This document shows, in pieces, positions 57,682 to 64,000 of a DNA stretch of 64,000 nt; within the stretch, counting starts at the first letter, position 1, and the number at the start of each line of letters is the position of its first letter. The position numbers and the translations under genes are program-made. Below the pieces are notes generated by a model, which worked only from the letters and a program-made list of their open reading frames with translations, had not been told where the DNA came from and did no database searches. Source of the stretch: a virus; IMG/VR virus record IMGVR_UViG_3300042307_001176, positions 90,412 through 154,411 of that record. One strand, written 5' to 3'.

Positions 57682-60600
57682 GTGGCTAGACCTAATTTAA
57701 TAACCGGACAAATTACCATACCGGGGTTTTCTCAATACATTGCAGTTAACCCCACAGCAGACGTAGCTTCAGGTAATGCTAATATTAGCGGTATAACTGA
57801 TACGAATCTGCTCTATCCTGGATTAGAAGTATCTAATAGTAATTTTCCACCTGGTACAACTATATTAAGTGTAAATTATGGAGCGAACACTGCAATATTA
57901 AGCAATAATGCAACAGGTACAGCTACCGGAACTACTTTAACTATAGTATTCTCTGATGGGCTTTACTACTGTCCTGGATCTACATATTTGGATGTAAACG
58001 GAGCTTATGACAATACAGATATAACAGAGGGATTTCAGATAGTTAATCTAGCTACTGATGCTAACACTAGTTATTATTTATCAGGCGTATTTAATCTTTG
58101 GAGAATCACATATATTTCTGATGTTGTTGGAGATGGTACTACACTTTCTTTCTATGTACAATTTGATGAGGAAGCCCCATATTCAGCTTTTAATAGAATA
58201 CCTACAGATGCTATACAAAATGCTATAAGTCAACAAACATCTAACAGAGCTTATGGATGGAACGTGTCTTCACAAGTTTATCCTAGTCTTCCTGCAGGAT
58301 CTGATATAGCTCAAACCAATTTAGATGCACAGAACATCTCAGATTATGTTCCAGTAATTGTAGGTCCTACAGGACAACAATTTAATGGAGCTTGGTATGT
58401 TGGATTTACTGGTGCTGGTGTTACAGTAGCTGGTGATGGTGCAGAATTTGAAAAAGTAACAGTTACAATACCAGGTGGATCTGGTGGATCTGCTATAGCA
58501 ATATACGGACCAACCGGACAAGTGGCTACAGGAGCTACCGGTATTAATTTTACGGGATCCGGTATTAGTTCAGTTACATCTTCAAATAACTTTGTTACTG
58601 TATCAGTATTAGGAGGAGCAGGAACATCAGGTTCAAGTGGTACCTCAGGTTCTTCTGGGACTAGTGGAACTTCAGGAATAGATGGTTCTTCAGGAACTTC
58701 AGGCTTAAGTGGAACAGATGGTTCTAGTGGAACTTCAGGCTTAAGTGGAACAGATGGTTCTAGTGGAACTTCAGGCTTAAGTGGAACAGATGGTTCTAGC
58801 GGAACTTCAGGAATAGATGGTTCTAGTGGAACTTCAGGAATAGATGGTTCTAGTGGAACTTCAGGAACTTCAGGAATAGACGGTTCTAGTGGAACTTCAG
58901 GAATAGACGGTTCTAGTGGAACTTCAGGCTTAAGCGGAATAGATGGTTCTTCAGGAACTTCGGGAATAAGTGGTTCTTCAGGAACTTCGGGAATAAGTGG
59001 TTCAAGCGGATCTAGTGGAACTTCAGGAATAGATGGTTCTTCAGGAACTTCGGGATTAGATGGTTCTTCAGGAACTTCAGGATTAGATGGTTCTAGTGGA
59101 ACTTCAGGATTAGATGGTTCTAGTGGAACATCCGGAACATCCGGAACATCCGGAATAGATGGCTCAAGTGGAACTTCGGGAATAGATGGTTCTAGTGGAA
59201 CTTCAGGAATAGATGGTTCTTCAGGAACTTCTGGAATAGATGGAACATCAGGAACTTCTGGAATAGATGGAACTTCAGGAACTTCAGGATTAGATGGATC
59301 TAGTGGAACATCGGGAATAGATGGTTCTAGTGGAACTTCAGGATTAGATGGTTCTTCAGGAACTTCGGGAATAGATGGAACTTCAGGAACAGATGGTTCA
59401 AGTGGAACTAGTGGAACTAGTGGAATAGATGGAACTTCAGGAACAGATGGTTCAAGTGGAACTTCAGGAATAGATGGAACTTCAGGAACAGATGGTTCAA
59501 GTGGAACTTCAGGAACAGATGGTTCAAGTGGAACTAGTGGAACTAGTGGAATAGATGGAACTTCAGGAACAGATGGTTCTTCAGGAACATCAGGATCTAG
59601 TGGAACTTCAGGAACAGATGGTTCTAGTGGAACTAGTGGAATAGATGGAACTTCAGGAACAGATGGTTCTTCAGGAACTTCAGGAATAGATGGAACTTCA
59701 GGAACAGATGGTTCTAGTGGAACTTCAGGAATAGATGGTTCTAGTGGAACTTCAGGAATAGATGGTTCTTCAGGAACTTCTGGAATAGATGGAACTTCAG
59801 GAACTTCAGGAATAGATGGTTCAAGTGGAACTTCTGGTTCTTCAGGAACATCAGGATCTTCAGGAACTAGTGGAATAGATGGAACTTCAGGAACAGATGG
59901 TTCTTCAGGAACTTCAGGAATAGATGGAACTTCAGGAACAGATGGTTCTAGTGGAACTAGTGGAATAGATGGAACTTCAGGAACAGATGGTTCTTCAGGA
60001 ACTTCAGGAATAGATGGAACTTCAGGAACAGATGGTTCTAGTGGAACTAGTGGAATAGATGGAACCTCAGGAACAGATGGTTCAAGTGGAACTTCAGGAA
60101 TAGATGGTTCAAGTGGAACTTCTGGTTCTTCAGGAACATCAGGATCTTCAGGAACTAGTGGAATAGATGGAACTTCAGGAACAGATGGTTCAAGTGGAAC
60201 TAGTGGAATAGATGGAACTTCAGGAACAGATGGTTCAAGTGGAACTTCAGGAATAGATGGAACTTCAGGAACAGATGGTTCAAGTGGAACTTCAGGAATA
60301 GATGGAACTTCAGGAACAGATGGTTCTTCAGGAACATCAGGATCTAGTGGAACTTCAGGATCTTCGGGAACATCAGGATCTAGTGGAACTTCAGGAATAG
60401 ATGGAACTTCAGGAACAGATGGTTCAAGTGGAACTTCAGGAATAGATGGAACTTCAGGAACAGATGGTTCAAGTGGAACTTCAGGAATAGATGGAACTTC
60501 AGGAACAGATGGTTCTAGTGGAACTTCAGGAATAGATGGAACTTCAGGAACAGATGGTTCTTCAGGAACTTCAGGAATAGATGGAACTTCAGGAACAGAT

Positions 60601-63600
60601 GGTTCTTCAGGAACTTCAGGAATAGATGGAACTTCAGGAACAGATGGTTCTAGTGGAACTTCGGGTTTAAGTGGAATAGATGGTTCTTCAGGAACATCAG
60701 GTTCTAGTGGTAGCTCGGGTTCAAGTGGATCTTCGGGAACATCAGGATCTTCAGGTACTTCTGGAGTAGACGGTTCAAGTGGAACTTCAGGTTCAAGTGG
60801 AACTTCGGGAATAGATGGAACTTCAGGAACAAGTGGATCATCAGGAACTTCAGGAATAGATGGCTCTTCAGGAACTTCTGGATCTAGTGGAACATCAGGT
60901 TCTAGTGGAACATCAGGAACTTCAGGAATAGATGGCTCTTCAGGAACTTCTGGATCTAGTGGAACATCAGGTTCTAGCGGATCTTCAGGAACATCAGGAA
61001 TAGATGGTTCAAGTGGAACTTCAGGATCTTCAGGAACATCAGGATCTAGTGGAACATCAGGATCTAGCGGTTCTTCAGGAACATCAGGATCTAGTGGATC
61101 TTCAGGAACGTCAGGTTCTTCAGGAACATCAGGATCTAGTGGAACATCAGGATCTTCAGGATCTTCAGGATCAAGCGGTACATCTGGTTCTTCAGGAACA
61201 TCAGGATCTAGTGGATCTTCAGGAACATCAGGCTCATCAGGTTCAAGCGGTGCATCTGGATCTAGTGGAACATCAGGTTCTAGCGGATCTTCAGGAACAT
61301 CAGGATCTAGTGGATCTTCAGGAACATCAGGATCTAGTGGATCTTCAGGAACATCAGGTTCAAGCGGTACATCTGGTTCTTCAGGAACATCAGGATCTAG
61401 TGGATCTTCAGGAACATCAGGTTCAAGCGGTACATCTGGTTCTTCAGGAACATCAGGATCTAGTGGATCTTCAGGAACATCAGGTTCTAGTGGATCTTCA
61501 GGAACATCAGGTTCTTCAGGAACATCAGGATCTAGTGGAACATCAGGCTTATCAGGCTCATCAGGTTCAAGCGGTACATCTGGATCTAGTGGAACATCAG
61601 GATCTAGTGGATCTTCAGGTACAAGGGGAACCTCTGGTATATCGGGGGTTAGTGGATCTAGTGGAACTTCGGGTTCATCTGGAACATCAGGTATCTCAGG
61701 ATCTAGCGGAACATCGGGTTCTTCAGGTTCAAGCGGAGTATCAGGATCTTCAGGAACTAGCGGTAGCTCAGGATCTAGCGGTTCATCAGGAACATCAGGT
61801 TCTTCAGGATCTAGCGGATCTTCAGGAACATCAGGTTCAAGTGGATCTTCAGGAACAAGCGGTAGCTCAGGAACATCAGGAATAAGCGGTAGTTCAGGTT
61901 CTTCTGGAACATCAGGTTCTAGTGGTTCTTCAGGAACTAGCGGTAGCTCAGGAACATCTGGTTCAAGTGGTACATCAGGAAGTTCAGGAACATCAGGTTC
62001 AAGTGGTTCTTCAGGAACATCAGGATCTAGCGGAACATCAGGTTCTTCAGGAACTAGCGGTAGTTCAGGTTCAAGTGGAGCATCAGGATCTTCAGGATCT
62101 TCAGGATCTTCAGGATCTTCAGGATCTTCAGGATCTTCAGGAACATCAGGTTCAAGTGGAACATCAGGTTCAAGTGGAACATCAGGAACATCAGGAACAT
62201 CAGGATCTTCAGGAACATCAGGATCTAGTGGATCATCAGGATCATCAGGATCTTCAGGAACTAGCGGTAGTTCAGGTTCAAGTGGAGCATCAGGATCTTC
62301 AGGATCTTCAGGAACATCAGGTTCAAGTGGAACATCAGGATCTTCAGGTTCAAGTGGAACATCAGGTTCAAGTGGAACATCAGGTTCTAGTGGATCTAGT
62401 GGAGCATCTGGTTCTTCAGGATCTTCAGGAACATCAGGAACATCAGGATCTAGCGGAACATCAGGATCTAGCGGAACATCAGGTTCAAGCGGAGTATCAG
62501 GATCTTCAGGATCTAGTGGATCTTCAGGAACATCAGGTTCTTCAGGAACATCAGGTTCTAGTGGATCTTCAGGAACATCAGGTTCTAGTGGATCTTCAGG
62601 AGCATCAGGTTCTAGCGGATCTTCAGGAACATCAGGTTCTTCAGGAACATCAGGAACATCAGGTTCAAGCGGAACATCTGGATCTAGTGGAACATCAGGT
62701 TCTTCAGGAACTAGCGGTAGTTCGGGTTCAAGTGGAGCATCAGGATCTTCTGGAACATCAGGAACATCAGGTTCAAGTGGAACATCAGGATCTAGTGGAT
62801 CTAGTGGATCTTCAGGTTCAAGTGGAGCATCAGGATCTTCTGGAACATCAGGAACATCAGGTTCAAGTGGAACATCAGGATCTAGTGGAACATCAGGATC
62901 TAGTGGATCTTCAGGATCTAGTGGAACATCAGGATCTTCAGGAACATCAGGTTCAAGCGGAACATCAGGATCTAGTGGATCTTCAGGATCTAGTGGATCT
63001 TCAGGATCTAGTGGAACATCAGGAACATCAGGATCTAGTGGAACATCAGGATCTAGTGGATCTTCAGGATCTAGTGGAACATCAGGAACTTCAGGAACTA
63101 GCGGTAGTTCAGGTTCAAGTGGAACATCAGGATCTTCTGGAACATCAGGAACATCAGGATCAAGTGGAACATCAGGATCTTCAGGATCAAGTGGAACATC
63201 AGGATCTAGTGGATCTTCAGGAACATCAGGTTCAAGTGGAACATCAGGTTCTTCAGGAACATCAGGATCTAGTGGTTCTTCAGGAACTAGTGGAACTTCT
63301 GGTAGCTCAGGTTCAAGTGGAGCATCAGGATCTTCAGGATCTTCAGGATCTTCAGGAACATCAGGTTCAAGTGGAACTTCTGGTAGTTCAGGTTCAAGTG
63401 GAACATCAGGATCTAGTGGATCTTCAGGATCTTCAGGAACATCAGGTTCAAGTGGAACATCAGGATCTAGTGGATCTTCAGGAACATCAGGTTCAAGTGG
63501 AACATCAGGTTCAAGTGGAACATCAGGATCTAGTGGTTCTTCAGGAACTAGTGGAACTTCTGGTAGCTCGGGTTCTAGTGGTTCATCAGGAACATCAGGT

Positions 63601-64000
63601 TCAAGCGGATCTTCAGGAACATCAGGAACATCAGGTTCAAGCGGAACATCAGGATCTAGTGGTTCTTCAGGAACTAGTGGAACTTCTGGTAGTTCAGGTT
63701 CAAGTGGAACATCAGGATCTAGTGGAACATCAGGATCTTCAGGAACATCTGGAACATCAGGATCTAGTGGAACATCAGGTTCTTCGGGAACATCAGGTTC
63801 TTCGGGTTCTTCAGGAACATCAGGTTCTAGTGGATCTAGTGGATCTTCAGGAACATCAGGATCTTCAGGAACATCAGGAACATCAGGTTCAAGTGGAACA
63901 TCAGGAACATCAGGATCAAGCGGAACATCAGGATCTAGTGGATCTAGTGGATCTTCAGGATCTTCAGGATCTTCAGGAACATCAGGATCTAGTGGAACAT
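57682..64000 (+). CDS. Giant Gly-Ser-Thr repeat fibre protein (partial, >2100 aa), missed by ORF track
   Basis: GTG start MARPNLITGQ...; frame 1 open to window end; GSS/GTS/GID triplets from ~58620. Confidence 0.85.
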   Translation, partial: MARPNLITGQITIPGFSQYIAVNPTADVASGNANISGITDTNLLYPGLEVSNSNFPPGTTILSVNYGANTAILSNNATGTATGTTLTIVFSDGLYYCPGSTYLDVNGAYDNTDITEGFQIVNLATDANTSYYLSGVFNLWRITYISDVVGDGTTLSFYVQFDEEAPYSAFNRIPTDAIQNAISQQTSNRAYGWNVSSQVYPSLPAGSDIAQTNLDAQNISDYVPVIVGPTGQQFNGAWYVGFTGAGVTVAGDGAEFEKVTVTIPGGSGGSAIAIYGPTGQVATGATGINFTGSGISSVTSSNNFVTVSVLGGAGTSGSSGTSGSSGTSGTSGIDGSSGTSGLSGTDGSSGTSGLSGTDGSSGTSGLSGTDGSSGTSGIDGSSGTSGIDGSSGTSGTSGIDGSSGTSGIDGSSGTSGLSGIDGSSGTSGISGSSGTSGISGSSGSSGTSGIDGSSGTSGLDGSSGTSGLDGSSGTSGLDGSSGTSGTSGTSGIDGSSGTSGIDGSSGTSGIDGSSGTSGIDGTSGTSGIDGTSGTSGLDGSSGTSGIDGSSGTSGLDGSSGTSGIDGTSGTDGSSGTSGTSGIDGTSGTDGSSGTSGIDGTSGTDGSSGTSGTDGSSGTSGTSGIDGTSGTDGSSGTSGSSGTSGTDGSSGTSGIDGTSGTDGSSGTSGIDGTSGTDGSSGTSGIDGSSGTSGIDGSSGTSGIDGTSGTSGIDGSSGTSGSSGTSGSSGTSGIDGTSGTDGSSGTSGIDGTSGTDGSSGTSGIDGTSGTDGSSGTSGIDGTSGTDGSSGTSGIDGTSGTDGSSGTSGIDGSSGTSGSSGTSGSSGTSGIDGTSGTDGSSGTSGIDGTSGTDGSSGTSGIDGTSGTDGSSGTSGIDGTSGTDGSSGTSGSSGTSGSSGTSGSSGTSGIDGTSGTDGSSGTSGIDGTSGTDGSSGTSGIDGTSGTDGSSGTSGIDGTSGTDGSSGTSGIDGTSGTDGSSGTSGIDGTSGTDGSSGTSGLSGIDGSSGTSGSSGSSGSSGSSGTSGSSGTSGVDGSSGTSGSSGTSGIDGTSGTSGSSGTSGIDGSSGTSGSSGTSGSSGTSGTSGIDGSSGTSGSSGTSGSSGSSGTSGIDGSSGTSGSSGTSGSSGTSGSSGSSGTSGSSGSSGTSGSSGTSGSSGTSGSSGSSGSSGTSGSSGTSGSSGSSGTSGSSGSSGASGSSGTSGSSGSSGTSGSSGSSGTSGSSGSSGTSGSSGTSGSSGTSGSSGSSGTSGSSGTSGSSGTSGSSGSSGTSGSSGSSGTSGSSGTSGSSGTSGLSGSSGSSGTSGSSGTSGSSGSSGTRGTSGISGVSGSSGTSGSSGTSGISGSSGTSGSSGSSGVSGSSGTSGSSGSSGSSGTSGSSGSSGSSGTSGSSGSSGTSGSSGTSGISGSSGSSGTSGSSGSSGTSGSSGTSGSSGTSGSSGTSGSSGSSGTSGSSGTSGSSGTSGSSGSSGASGSSGSSGSSGSSGSSGSSGTSGSSGTSGSSGTSGTSGTSGSSGTSGSSGSSGSSGSSGTSGSSGSSGASGSSGSSGTSGSSGTSGSSGSSGTSGSSGTSGSSGSSGASGSSGSSGTSGTSGSSGTSGSSGTSGSSGVSGSSGSSGSSGTSGSSGTSGSSGSSGTSGSSGSSGASGSSGSSGTSGSSGTSGTSGSSGTSGSSGTSGSSGTSGSSGSSGASGSSGTSGTSGSSGTSGSSGSSGSSGSSGASGSSGTSGTSGSSGTSGSSGTSGSSGSSGSSGTSGSSGTSGSSGTSGSSGSSGSSGSSGSSGTSGTSGSSGTSGSSGSSGSSGTSGTSGTSGSSGSSGTSGSSGTSGTSGSSGTSGSSGSSGTSGSSGSSGTSGSSGTSGSSGTSGSSGSSGTSGTSGSSGSSGASGSSGSSGSSGTSGSSGTSGSSGSSGTSGSSGSSGSSGTSGSSGTSGSSGSSGTSGSSGTSGSSGTSGSSGSSGTSGTSGSSGSSGSSGTSGSSGSSGTSGTSGSSGTSGSSGSSGTSGTSGSSGSSGTSGSSGTSGSSGTSGTSGSSGTSGSSGTSGSSGSSGTSGSSGSSGSSGTSGSSGTSGTSGSSGTSGTSGSSGTSGSSGSSGSSGSSGSSGTSGSSGT

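Noticed and set aside
54099-61885. Pro/Val-rich minus ORFs and QDL/EHQ off-frame ORFs
   Set aside because: Frame artefacts of the Gly-X-Y repeats
55465-64000. CRISPR array or non-coding satellite
   Set aside because: Repeats are 9-nt codon-periodic with synonymous variation and no unique spacers; coding

Overview
This is a 64-kb segment of a very AT-rich T4-like jumbo/mega myovirus. TAnnTTTG host-type promoters suggest a Bacteroidota host, and the code appears standard. 1-9 kb holds 25 tRNAs covering all 20 amino acids in three operons, plus accessory genes. 9-22 kb carries nucleotide metabolism (GuaB/GuaC-like, thymidylate-synthase-like) and recombination/replication genes (UvsX, gp41, gp47/46). 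22-36 kb holds neck, terminase, sheath, two tube and baseplate genes. 36-53 kb holds dCMP deaminase, ECF sigma, gp55-like sigma, gp4, gp2, two portals, ligase, clamp loader, GMK and RNase H. 53.5-64 kb encodes two giant Gly-X-Y (GSS/GTS) repeat fibre proteins. The main discovery: each tRNA operon is preceded by a short leader ORF whose codons match the anticodons of that operon's tRNAs, then an antiterminator/terminator pair and a boxA-like element. This looks like ribosome-mediated attenuation that senses tRNA shortage and switches on the matching phage tRNAs. Also notable are a probable -1 programmed frameshift at 43982, a probable dCMP-modifying enzyme and several unassigned structured RNAs in the tRNA arrays. 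All protein calls come from motif recognition and synteny by eye; no searches were run.
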